Assembly: GCA_964344705.1 (NCBI GenBank)
Contig: CAYFOG010000001.1
Coordinates: 2,172 to 46,983, forward strand
Length of the DNA stretch: 44,812 nucleotides
Reading direction: 5' to 3'
Origin: Candidatus Woesearchaeota archaeon
GTDB lineage: Archaea > Nanobdellota > Nanobdellia > UBA10117 > ARS21
Below are positions 37,196-44,812 of the stretch, piece after piece. The notes beneath the pieces are model-generated. The model was given only the letters and a program-made list of their open reading frames with translations, ran no database searches and was not told the origin of the DNA. Every line of letters starts with the position of its first letter. Position 1 is the first letter of the stretch. The position numbers and the translations under genes are program-made.

Positions 37196-37483
37196 TTACA
37201 TCAATAATTTGCCAAGATCTTCGAATTTATTTGCGACCTTTTCACCCTTACCAGTTAGTTGGACAATCTTAAGCCGACCTTTCTTTTCAAATCGGACCAG
37301 ACCTTGTTGTTCCATCTTTTGAAGTAAGTGAACGGTGTGTGAGTATGTGCATCGTGCTTCCTTAGCTAACATAGAAGGATATTTATTCGTGTTTTGTCGA
37401 GTAAGACAAAGTAACAGTTCAACGGGCTTATCCCTCAAGAATATTTCAAAACTTTTTCCTTTTTTCCACCATAAAAGTGCCAT
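37196..37483 (-). CDS. Small winged-helix transcription regulator (ArsR/MarR-like)
   Basis: YPSMLAKEARCTYSHTVHLLQKMEQQGLVRFEKKGRLKIVQLTGKGEKV. Confidence 0.65.
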   Translation of the reverse strand: MALLWWKKGKSFEIFLRDKPVELLLCLTRQNTNKYPSMLAKEARCTYSHTVHLLQKMEQQGLVRFEKKGRLKIVQLTGKGEKVANKFEDLGKLLM

Positions 37484-37584
37484 GATTATCTGTATAGAGA
37501 AAGATATATAACGGTTTCTTCAAGTATTCCGTAGTCGGGTTTTTCTGAGAAAAAAATGTAATCACTAAGTAGCAGTTGTTTTTG

Positions 37585-37986
37585 CTACTTAGGTTGCACT
37601 CTTGGCAGTTGCAATGGTGCTGGAAGCCCAATAGTCTTTGATAGAGGGATTGCAGTCACAAGACCAATTTCCATAATTCGAGTCAGAAATGCTGCTGCAA
37701 TTTTATCATCAACTTTCTTGTTTTTCTTCCAAGCTTTTTGTAAATCTTTTAGATCCTTTTCTTCACCAGTTATGAATAATGAACCTTCAAGATTGATGTG
37801 TCCAGATTTTCCATAAGAAGTGTTGAATGTAAAATCAACTGTTGCTCCAGCGCGTTTTTCACCCGCAGCAAAAAGTTCTTCAGTTGTAACTTTTGTAATT
37901 TCAGGCTTTGTTTCAATCTTAAGCCCTCTTTCAAGCTTGCCTCTTACGGCATCAACTTTTGTAATCTTATCGCCAACGATCATCAT
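37585..37986 (-). CDS. Hypothetical protein (133 aa)
   Basis: Clean ORF. The beta-rich core plus C-terminal helix has a weak SecB-like feel, but I do not assign a family. Confidence 0.45.
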   Translation of the reverse strand: MMIVGDKITKVDAVRGKLERGLKIETKPEITKVTTEELFAAGEKRAGATVDFTFNTSYGKSGHINLEGSLFITGEEKDLKDLQKAWKKNKKVDDKIAAAFLTRIMEIGLVTAIPLSKTIGLPAPLQLPRVQPK

Positions 37987-38027
37987 TGTGATATTCTCGA
38001 GTTGTTTAAACTTTTAAAGATTGTTAT

Positions 38028-39182
38028 TTATGATTTGTTCTTTATTCTGAACAAATAGAACAAGTAGGTTCCAGTGAGCGCCAAAAAACCCGCAATTCCC
38101 ATTGAAGTTAGTAGGGTTTTTCTTTGGTCTCCAATCTCTTCGTTAGACAAGCAAGTGTTATCTTCTTTACACACACCAGTCTGACAATGATAGTCTTCAG
38201 TACAGGACGAACTTCCTGCTTTTTGATGTTTCCAAACGCCATCTTGGCAGAAGGTTTTGTTTATAACCCTTCCCTCATCTGTGCAAATTTCGGTTGGAAT
38301 TGAAACTGTTTCGAAAGAAGGTTCAATTTCTCTGAAACAATCAGGATCTTCTGCCTCAGTACATCCTTCAGGACAATAATTGTCGCCAGAGCTACATTGG
38401 ACAGTAAGCTCATTTGTACAGCTTCTTCCGAGAGTTCCATCACCCGAACAAAGATCAATGGTTGACTCATCTTCGTCTACGCAATCTGAATGTTGTAAAC
38501 AAGTATTGTTTATTGAACAATCAGCATCATGTGTGGTTCCGAACAGTCTTTGTTCGTTCTTGCAACCCAATGGACAGAAATCGTCACCAGACTTACAATC
38601 AGTAATTGGTTCATACCGGCAAACAGATTGTTGATTATATGAACCTTCACAACTATCTGTTGTTCCAGGATTATTATCATCACATTCACGATCTAATTCG
38701 CACAAGTCTTGAAGAACACAATCATAGTCGGTATATCGACTACAGAAGCTTGGGCAATATCCATCATTATCTGTACAACTTTGTATTGTTTCGTGAACGC
38801 ATTTGTTTATACTTTCCATGCAAGTGTCAACGGTCGAATCTAATTGATCGTCACAATCTGCATCAACATTACATTCAAGTCTTTGAAGAACGTGGATTAG
38901 AAGCGTAGCATAATTTGTTTTTTGTTCTGAAACATAAAGTGTTGCATTGACAGTTATGTTCACCTTGTTTATGGACTTTGTTTCATTTTCATTAAATATT
39001 TTCCAAGTATCCTCAACAGCAACTCTTATTTGTGTATTTGAGAAAACATCCAACAGAGTTATGTTTCTTCCCGCCAGTTCAATAGATTCGCCCTCGCCCA
39101 GAGTCACTCGATCGTATGCAATATAATCTGCGCCTGCAAATGCTGTAGGCAACAAAAGTAGGATTAAGAGCAACCTTTTCAT
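38028..39182 (-). CDS. Secreted, C-terminally anchored cysteine-rich repeat protein
   Basis: Signal peptide MKRLLLILLLLPTAFA. Three tandem repeats of about 60-70 aa, each with 8 Cys, beginning C-x5-C-(D/V)D, containing GD-x-(Y/F)-CP-x-(G/F)-C and ending D-x-DC. A further Cys-rich segment. TM GIAGFLALTGTYLFYLF followed by RIKNKS. Confidence 0.8.
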   Translation of the reverse strand: MKRLLLILLLLPTAFAGADYIAYDRVTLGEGESIELAGRNITLLDVFSNTQIRVAVEDTWKIFNENETKSINKVNITVNATLYVSEQKTNYATLLIHVLQRLECNVDADCDDQLDSTVDTCMESINKCVHETIQSCTDNDGYCPSFCSRYTDYDCVLQDLCELDRECDDNNPGTTDSCEGSYNQQSVCRYEPITDCKSGDDFCPLGCKNEQRLFGTTHDADCSINNTCLQHSDCVDEDESTIDLCSGDGTLGRSCTNELTVQCSSGDNYCPEGCTEAEDPDCFREIEPSFETVSIPTEICTDEGRVINKTFCQDGVWKHQKAGSSSCTEDYHCQTGVCKEDNTCLSNEEIGDQRKTLLTSMGIAGFLALTGTYLFYLFRIKNKS

Positions 39183-39213
39183 GGAATAAGTAATTCGTTA
39201 GACAATAAAAATC

Positions 39214-39286
39214 TAGCCCTGCCCGGATTTGAACCGGGGTCCTCTGGCCCAGAACCAAAGATGATTGACCGCTACACTACAGGGCT
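39214..39286 (-). tRNA. tRNA-Gln (CUG)
   Basis: The reverse complement reads AGCCCTG-TA-GTGTAGCGGTCAATCAT-C-TTTGG-TTCTGGG-CCAGA-GGAC-CCCGG-TTCAAAT-CCGGG-CAGGGCT-A. The A1:U72 pair is typical of archaeal tRNA-Gln. Confidence 0.9.
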
Positions 39287-39363
39287 ATGAAACTGCTCCA
39301 TATCTGTCATTTATAAATTTATGTTCTAGTAATACTTTTAAATTCGCACGACGTAATACTTCT

Positions 39364-39831
39364 ATGATAGAATTACTTGCAGAGATAACATTTCATCCAA
39401 TTCTTTTAGTAAGTTTGATTGCGGCAGGAGTTTCACAATTTATCAAGATGCTTTTACATTCTTTCAGAACTCGGAAATTTCTTATTCATGTTTTATGGAA
39501 AGGTTATGGAAACAAATCAGGTATGCCTAGCTCCCATACAGCATTCATGTCCGCAGCCTGTACAGCAATTTACATTTTAGATGGAGGAGTAACTAATTTG
39601 TTCATGCTTTCAATTATATTTACAATCATTGTTATACAAACTGTTGTTGATTTGAAATTCCATTTTGATAAGGCATCAGATTATATTAACGAAATGTTCA
39701 GCGTTGTATTTGACTTTAATAAACCGGCTTGGAGTAAATGGGAACACGTTACTGGACACACATATAATCAGATAATTGTTGGAGCAATAATTGGAATTTA
39801 TACAACAATTAGAATTATACCATTCCTATAG
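39364..39831 (+). CDS. Divergent PAP2 / DUF212 family membrane protein
   Basis: SGMPSSHTAFMSA motif and several TM segments. Start set at ATG 39364, because the track's 39265 start overlaps the tRNA-Gln gene. Confidence 0.7.
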   Translation: MIELLAEITFHPILLVSLIAAGVSQFIKMLLHSFRTRKFLIHVLWKGYGNKSGMPSSHTAFMSAACTAIYILDGGVTNLFMLSIIFTIIVIQTVVDLKFHFDKASDYINEMFSVVFDFNKPAWSKWEHVTGHTYNQIIVGAIIGIYTTIRIIPFL

Positions 39832-40116
39832 AATTGTAAACTGTGCGTGTTTAATATTACCAATTTTTATGACTGCCCTTTTAGAGACAATTTTATTCTT
39901 CATTAATAACTCGACGATTTTATTTCCAATGACGTTTCCGTCATTGACATCTTTGATTAATTCTAAGACTTTTTCATCAATTTCTTCCGCACCATAGAAT
40001 CGAGGATTTACAAAGAAATCTAAATCTTTGTTTTTCAAAGTTTTCCCGATTAATTCTTTATCACAAATTGCAATTAAAGTTCCAAAATCTGTTTTGTGTA
40101 TTTTGTAGTAAAACAT
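39826..40116 (-). CDS. DUF424-family protein
   Basis: MFYYKIHKTDFGTLIAICDKELIGK...FYGAE...IKHAQ, the pattern I associate with archaeal DUF424. ATG 40116 lies 1 nt after the aIF2-beta stop. Confidence 0.55.
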   Translation of the reverse strand: MFYYKIHKTDFGTLIAICDKELIGKTLKNKDLDFFVNPRFYGAEEIDEKVLELIKDVNDGNVIGNKIVELLMKNKIVSKRAVIKIGNIKHAQFTIL

Positions 40117-40117
40117 T

Positions 40118-40537
40118 TTACTTAATTGATCTAACAGAGCTTTGTGCTCCACAAGCTTGACATTGTTTGAAAGTTATACCTTTCTCTTTTTGTAGCTCTG
40201 TATCTGGCTTTCCACATTGTTTACAAGTTACAAATTCCTTCACATATTTTTCAATCTTTTCGTTCAAAACTCTAGAATTGAATTTACCTATGAAATAAAA
40301 TTTGCTACCTTTCCATTCACCAGTTGTTGCTAAAGCTTTTAGCAAGAATTTTAGCAAATGTTTAACATCTCGTCCCAATTTTGAAGCAATTTGATTTAGA
40401 TTAGATACAAGAGTTCTATTTCCCTCAAATCCTCCAGCAATTGTTGGTATTTCAAATCTGCTAGTTGCTTCTGAAACTTTTGGAATAGAAGAATACGCTT
40501 TCTTTAACAATTCTTCATATTTATATTTCCAAGCCAT
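40118..40537 (-). CDS. eif2b: Translation initiation factor aIF-2 beta subunit
   Basis: YEELLKKAY N-terminus. Central domain. C-terminal zinc ribbon CKQCGKPDT...CQACGA. Confidence 0.9.
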   Translation of the reverse strand: MAWKYKYEELLKKAYSSIPKVSEATSRFEIPTIAGGFEGNRTLVSNLNQIASKLGRDVKHLLKFLLKALATTGEWKGSKFYFIGKFNSRVLNEKIEKYVKEFVTCKQCGKPDTELQKEKGITFKQCQACGAQSSVRSIK

Positions 40538-40575
40538 GTTTTCAAGTTTCTTGAGGCATTTAAGAAGGTTTTGAA

Positions 40576-40929
40576 TCAGTTTGATAAGTCGTCAAGAGAG
40601 GATTGTGGAGAGTTTAATAATCGTTGTATACGTTTAAATTCATCAGAAATGTTTCGATATACTCGGTCATTTATACAATCAACAGGATCTCTAATCTCAT
40701 GTGACATCCCAAATCCAATAGATTCTAATCTTTGTATATATTCAGAATCAGTTTCAGCAATAAATTCACCAGTTATCGAATATTTTACATCAAAATTAAA
40801 GTTTCCAACCGCGAAAGAAACACCATTTATTCTATACCCAACCAAAGGCAAATCACCTTCAACACTATATGTGAAGATTAGTTTACCATTTTCATCACTC
40901 ATACTCTCAAGGTTTAATTGGAAAGTCAT
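40576..40929 (-). CDS. Hypothetical protein (117 aa)
   Basis: The minus-frame product has balanced, protein-like composition. The mirrored + ORF (40571-40936) is Ser/Leu-rich and antisense-like. Confidence 0.45.
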   Translation of the reverse strand: MTFQLNLESMSDENGKLIFTYSVEGDLPLVGYRINGVSFAVGNFNFDVKYSITGEFIAETDSEYIQRLESIGFGMSHEIRDPVDCINDRVYRNISDEFKRIQRLLNSPQSSLDDLSN

Positions 40930-40969
40930 CTACTAATATTGCGTAACTTGTTTTTAAATTTTTAGGTGA

Positions 40970-41629
40970 TTATTCCAACAATTTTAGAATCCCTTTCTTA
41001 GGTTCAAAGACCTCTCCAGATTTTAGAAGATTGACAATGATATCTTTGGCCTCCCTTTCTTCCATCTTTGAATTCTTCATGACATCATCCATTGGTGCAC
41101 CATCTCCAGAATCATAAGCTTTAATCAATTCAACAATTTTTGTATTTGGATTATCATCAGCCGTGATTTCCATCACTTCGGGTTCTTCCTTTGGAGCAGA
41201 TTTGGCCTTTGGACGTTCTTCAACTTCTTTGAATTCTGGTTTGCCGAGTTCGAGGTGATCAACAACCAACCAGTTTGGATCCAAATCCTGTTTAATAACT
41301 TCTGGAACCAGATATGTTTCATCATTGTAATGCTTTACTTTTCCAATAAATCTTACAAATGAACTAACTTTTACATCTTTGATTTTTGCGACATCAGCAC
41401 CAAATGCTTTGACCCGAATTGTTTCTGAGCCATCGTCAAGAGTTAAAGCGCAGTAATTCCCATCTTCCGTTAAATATTTACTGACGATTGTGGCAATTAT
41501 GTTTACTCGAGAGACTTGATTATCGTTAATTATAATGTAACTTGGATTGAAACCCTCTTGCCGAAGGAATTCACCATTTATCAGGCTAGAAATTCTTACT
41601 CTGTATGCTGTGGATCTAGTAATTGCCAT
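40970..41629 (-). CDS. OB-fold plus C-terminal winged-helix protein (RPA32/Stn1-like single-strand-binding subunit candidate)
   Basis: The OB-like core reads VSRVNIIATIVSKY..YCALTLDDGSETIRVKAF..FVRFIGKV. An acidic linker follows. The C-terminus LLKSGEVFEPKKGILKLLE mirrors the MCM C-terminus. The gene lies directly downstream of mcm. Confidence 0.55.
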   Translation of the reverse strand: MAITRSTAYRVRISSLINGEFLRQEGFNPSYIIINDNQVSRVNIIATIVSKYLTEDGNYCALTLDDGSETIRVKAFGADVAKIKDVKVSSFVRFIGKVKHYNDETYLVPEVIKQDLDPNWLVVDHLELGKPEFKEVEERPKAKSAPKEEPEVMEITADDNPNTKIVELIKAYDSGDGAPMDDVMKNSKMEEREAKDIIVNLLKSGEVFEPKKGILKLLE

Positions 41630-41676
41630 ATATTTTCACTTAGGTTTTAGTTTAAATATTCTTGTTTGATTTAGTT

Positions 41677-43695
41677 CTATCCTTTCTGTAATACTCCGTG
41701 ACGAGGTTCAAATATTTCTCCAGCCTTTTTCAATCTCAATAATTCAGATTCAATTTTCTCTTTACTCATTCCTTTATCTTCCAATGCTTTGATTAAATCA
41801 TCCTTTGGAATTGCCTTCCCGAATTGTGCTTCAAGTTCAGTCATAGTTTGCTTGATGTTTGAAATTCTACTTCGCTCAGTTGCAGTTATTCCGCTTGTGA
41901 TTCTATCAATATCAATCTTTCCAGTTTCAGGGTCTGTTCCAAGTTGCTTCAATGTTTCTTCCACTAGACGAATTGCTCGTTCGGCATCTTCTCTTGTGAC
42001 TTGTTTTGAAAGTCTAATTCTTGCTGAAGCTTCTGCTAAACGAATTATTGCTTGGAGTTGTCTAGCGGAAATTGGAATGCTTTTAATTCCATCTTCACCT
42101 GTTGCAGTACTTCTAATTTTAACATAATAATCTCGAATTATTTTCTGAGGCTCCTTTCCCAATTTCGGAAAACAATTTTGTTTTGCATATGCAATATATT
42201 TTCTTAACAAAGAATGTTCAATTTCACTTTGTGCTGATTCTATATCTCCCTGTAATTTGAGTACATGAGTTGCTACGCGCTCATCACTCGCAATATTTGG
42301 AATATCTCGAATAACAAACATTAAATCAAATCTGTTGATTAGTGTTGGTGGAAGATCAATCTGTGTTGGTGGCGGTTGATACGGATCAAACCGACCATAC
42401 TTTGGATTTGCTGCTGCAAGAACTGATGCTTGAGACATTAACGTTGCCTGAATATTCGCTTTAGATATGGAAACGGTTTGCTGTTCCATGGCTTCATGCA
42501 TTGCACTTCGATCATCATGAGAAATTTTGTCCAATTCGTCGATACAAGCCATACCTTTGTTTGCCAGAACTAAAGTTCCAGCTTCCAATGCCCAGCCTCC
42601 TAAGAACTCATCTTTTACAACTGCTGCCGTAAGTCCTGCTCCAGAGGCTCCACGTCCCGCGACATATCTTGCCTTCGGCGCCAAGTTTGAAATATATCTC
42701 AATAAAATAGATTTACCTGCGCCCGGATCACCCATTAGCAAAACATGAATATCTCCTCGTAATTCAGTTCCATCACTTTTTACTTTACGCACGCCTCCAA
42801 AAAGTTGTAATACAATACTTTCTTTGATTTCATCATAACCATAAATTACTGGTGCGATTGACTGAATTAATTTTTCATAGATTTTTGGATCCTTTGCCAG
42901 CTTTAATATTTCTTCCTCTTCCTCTTCATTAACATCAAGCTCTTCAAATTCTTCTTCTAAAGATTCAACAGAATTTGCTTCTAAGATAATATCAAACTTT
43001 GTTGACTGTGCTCCAGTTCTTGTAGTAATTGCAACTTCTTTTACCATACCAACAACTCTAATTTTATTTCCAGGAAAACGATTCCGTTCCAAATCAGGTT
43101 CCAATAAATCGTCGTGAAGAATACATCTGATTCTTTTAGGTTGCGCACCACCCTCCAAAGATTCCGGAGGTTCTTCAATGATTAATTGCTGAACATCGCT
43201 AAGGTTTTTTTCAACCATTTTGAATTTTCCCTTGTGGCGACATTGCCCACATAGACCTGGCTCTGCTAATTTATTGTCGTGCTGCTCAAGTTTGCTTTGT
43301 GAACCGCATTTTGGACATTCAAATGTTGCAATAGTTATCATTGGTCTGATATCTGATGCTTGACGAATTAATGCATTACAAGTAATTAATTGTCCAAGAT
43401 TTTTACTTCTTAAATCTCGGATTTTAAGCCTTTGAGACGGAGGCAAATTAATAATTCTTGCCCTGATTGAATTTGCTAATTCACCGAGTTCTTCTTCTGC
43501 GATTGCTCCATTAATATATTCAAGACTTTCCTTTGGAGACATTAAAATATTCTCAGCTAATTCAGGATTATATTTGGATAAAATCTTCCAATCTATTTGA
43601 AGACTCTTTCCCCCCGCCTGAGCAACATCCAAAAGTTCTTTCTTGTAATACTTTTCCAGAAATGTTCTATACTGAGTTAAAGTTTTAGACTCCAT
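41677..43695 (-). CDS. mcm: Minichromosome maintenance (MCM) replicative helicase
   Basis: Zn finger CPKCG...CGQCRHKG. Walker A GDPGAGKS. Walker B ACIDELDK. SRFDL-type arginine finger region (INRFDLMF). C-terminal winged helix. Confidence 0.95.
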   Translation of the reverse strand: MESKTLTQYRTFLEKYYKKELLDVAQAGGKSLQIDWKILSKYNPELAENILMSPKESLEYINGAIAEEELGELANSIRARIINLPPSQRLKIRDLRSKNLGQLITCNALIRQASDIRPMITIATFECPKCGSQSKLEQHDNKLAEPGLCGQCRHKGKFKMVEKNLSDVQQLIIEEPPESLEGGAQPKRIRCILHDDLLEPDLERNRFPGNKIRVVGMVKEVAITTRTGAQSTKFDIILEANSVESLEEEFEELDVNEEEEEEILKLAKDPKIYEKLIQSIAPVIYGYDEIKESIVLQLFGGVRKVKSDGTELRGDIHVLLMGDPGAGKSILLRYISNLAPKARYVAGRGASGAGLTAAVVKDEFLGGWALEAGTLVLANKGMACIDELDKISHDDRSAMHEAMEQQTVSISKANIQATLMSQASVLAAANPKYGRFDPYQPPPTQIDLPPTLINRFDLMFVIRDIPNIASDERVATHVLKLQGDIESAQSEIEHSLLRKYIAYAKQNCFPKLGKEPQKIIRDYYVKIRSTATGEDGIKSIPISARQLQAIIRLAEASARIRLSKQVTREDAERAIRLVEETLKQLGTDPETGKIDIDRITSGITATERSRISNIKQTMTELEAQFGKAIPKDDLIKALEDKGMSKEKIESELLRLKKAGEIFEPRHGVLQKG

Positions 43696-43746
43696 GCTAG
43701 AATATTGAGTCTTCAGTTTGGGTTAAAAAGAATTTATCTAGTGGAG

Positions 43747-44340
43747 TTAATTATCGAGTTCGCCAACATCAATAAGCTGTTCTCGCAAAAACTTTACTGA
43801 TTCTTTGATTTCTTTTTCAGATTTAGCCCCAGTAATAACAATCTTTCCCGTTCCGAAAAGTAAGAATGTGATATTTTGAAGGATTTTTTCACCTTTGAGC
43901 TTGTATACAAGTCCGGGAAATTGTTCTGGTTCGTATTCTGTGTTATCGAATAGGAATACAATTTCGTTTAAGTTTAATCGTCCGCCAACTGAACCTGATG
44001 CAACCATGTTTTGAACTTTGATTTCTGGCTTTTTTGTAATTTCAATTCCGACGTCTTTCAAATCATCAATTACATGTTTAACTGCAGCGCGTGCATCTCG
44101 AATTGATTTTGTTCCGGTACAGATTACTCTGCCTGAACTGAATAGCAAATAACTTGCTTTACTGAATGAAAGTCCTTCATCTTCAACTTTGTAAATCAAT
44201 CCCGGAAAAGTTTCTGGAGTGTAATCAGAATTGTCTAATAAAACTGCAAGCTTTTCTAATGGCAATTTTGCAAAAATGTTAGCTGATACTACAACGTTTT
44301 GAGTTTTTGACCAAACTTTTGTATCGACTTCAGGTGCCAT
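43747..44340 (-). CDS. tbp: TATA-box binding protein
   Basis: Two direct ~90-aa repeats, each with (Y/E)(T/E)PE(T/Q)FPGL(I/V)YK and LLF(S/G)(S/T)G(R/K)(V/I)(I/V)(C/I)TG(T/A)KS. Confidence 0.95.
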   Translation of the reverse strand: MAPEVDTKVWSKTQNVVVSANIFAKLPLEKLAVLLDNSDYTPETFPGLIYKVEDEGLSFSKASYLLFSSGRVICTGTKSIRDARAAVKHVIDDLKDVGIEITKKPEIKVQNMVASGSVGGRLNLNEIVFLFDNTEYEPEQFPGLVYKLKGEKILQNITFLLFGTGKIVITGAKSEKEIKESVKFLREQLIDVGELDN

Positions 44341-44387
44341 ATTAGTTTTTTATTGTAGGAAAGATATATAAACCCTCCTTTATAAAG

Positions 44388-44812
44388 CTAATTCCGCCTG
44401 ATTTTTACCAAGAATCCAGTGTTTCTTATGGTTATATTTGGGTTTACCGGTTTTTTGAGATTGAATTGTATATTTTTTGCGTTTGTTTTCTTCTTTAATT
44501 CAGCATCATTTATACCCAATTCTTTCCCGACATTAATTTGAACTAGAATTTTGTCAGATTTTTTCAGTTTCGCACCCTTTCTCAAATCTTGAATTTTCCG
44601 AGTTAATTCTCGAGTGTACCCCTTTACTAACATTTCCTCATTTTCAGCAGGATCCAAATACAAAATATATCGGGATCTTGAAATTCCACGCAAACCTTTA
44701 GGCAATTGCCGGTTAACAATCACTTCTTTGTTACTAAGTTTGACAATTTTTCCCTTAACTTTAACTTTAATTGAGCCTTTTGAGATTTCTGAAATTGCTT
44801 TTTGAGTTGGTA
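44388..44812 (-). CDS. C-terminal part of a class Ia aminoacyl-tRNA synthetase (IleRS-like), 5'-partial at the window edge
   Basis: The frame stays open upstream of the track's GTG (44723) through to 44810. The LDPAENEEMLVKGYTRELTRKIQDLRKGAKLKKSDKI segment resembles the IleRS C-terminal L-T-x-E-L-x-x-EG-x-AREhhRxIQxxRK motif. Confidence 0.45.
   Translation of the reverse strand, partial: PTQKAISEISKGSIKVKVKGKIVKLSNKEVIVNRQLPKGLRGISRSRYILYLDPAENEEMLVKGYTRELTRKIQDLRKGAKLKKSDKILVQINVGKELGINDAELKKKTNAKNIQFNLKKPVNPNITIRNTGFLVKIRRN

Noticed and set aside
38003-38012. TTGTTTAAAC between two minus-strand genes, resembling the TGTTTAAACA operator-like palindrome of the accessory cluster.
   Set aside because: It is a single copy in AT-rich DNA and could easily be chance or a TATA-like element. 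I do not count it as part of the motif family.
38261-38908. Alternative-frame ORFs within or antisense to the Cys-rich gene (38261-38470, 38380-38634, 38414-38605, 38606-38908).
   Set aside because: They overlap a well-structured repeat-protein frame that has a signal peptide and TM anchor. Their products are low-complexity.
39265-39363. N-terminal extension of the PAP2/DUF212 ORF.
   Set aside because: It overlaps the tRNA-Gln gene on the opposite strand. ATG 39364 gives a sensible membrane-protein N-terminus.
40571-40936. A 121-aa + strand ORF that almost exactly mirrors the 117-aa minus-strand ORF.
   Set aside because: Its product is Ser/Leu/Ile-rich with an antisense-type composition. 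The minus-strand product has balanced composition and fits the local minus-strand operon. I treat the + frame as a shadow ORF, though neither frame has a recognisable family.
44614-44805. A 63-aa + strand ORF at the window edge.
   Set aside because: It is antisense to the open aaRS C-terminal frame and has a low-complexity product.

Overview
This window is a gene-dense, AT-rich archaeal chromosome segment, most consistent with a small-genome DPANN-type archaeon. Supporting evidence: Orc1/Cdc6, MCM, TBP, topo VI A/B, aIF1A, aIF2-beta, Sec61-beta, L41e, RNase P RNA, an intron-containing tRNA, and a 16S-tRNA(Ala)-23S operon with no 5S in the window.

Roughly 1-21.5 kb and 35.6-44.8 kb are housekeeping. 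The middle (21.5-35.6 kb) is an accessory block, encoded entirely on the + strand up to a XerC/D-type recombinase. It contains:
- a 1761-aa giant adhesin-like protein bracketed by two sub-threshold RHH genes that the ORF track missed;
- two smaller proteins that repeat the giant's C-terminal module and its closing motif F-x-L-T-V-P-x5-G-x-Y-x-N-x2-T;
- three proteins sharing a post-TM G-[ST]-F-x-[IV]-[EV]-V strand;
- four signal-peptide, Ig-like, C-terminally tail-anchored proteins;
- an internally duplicated small protein with locally raised G+C;
- a basic coiled-coil protein and a wHTH protein;
- arrays of TGTTAACA / TGTTAAACA sites at two promoters.

I read this block as a candidate uncharacterised cell-surface fibre or adhesion assembly locus. 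That functional reading is inference only.

Other points worth a second look:
- a tRNA-Ile with apparent UAU anticodon plus an intron;
- a tRNA-Leu with apparent A34;
- a degenerate tRNA 3'-half copy;
- substitutions at usually invariant 16S decoding-centre positions, one of them compensated;
- a bacterial-type MetK;
- a DsbA-like protein with an overlapping CXXC membrane partner, and an 8-Cys-repeat surface protein elsewhere in the window;
- a 355-bp AT-rich repeat-bearing gap.

No CRISPR array and no transposase were seen. All product calls come from motif recognition by eye; no database search was run.
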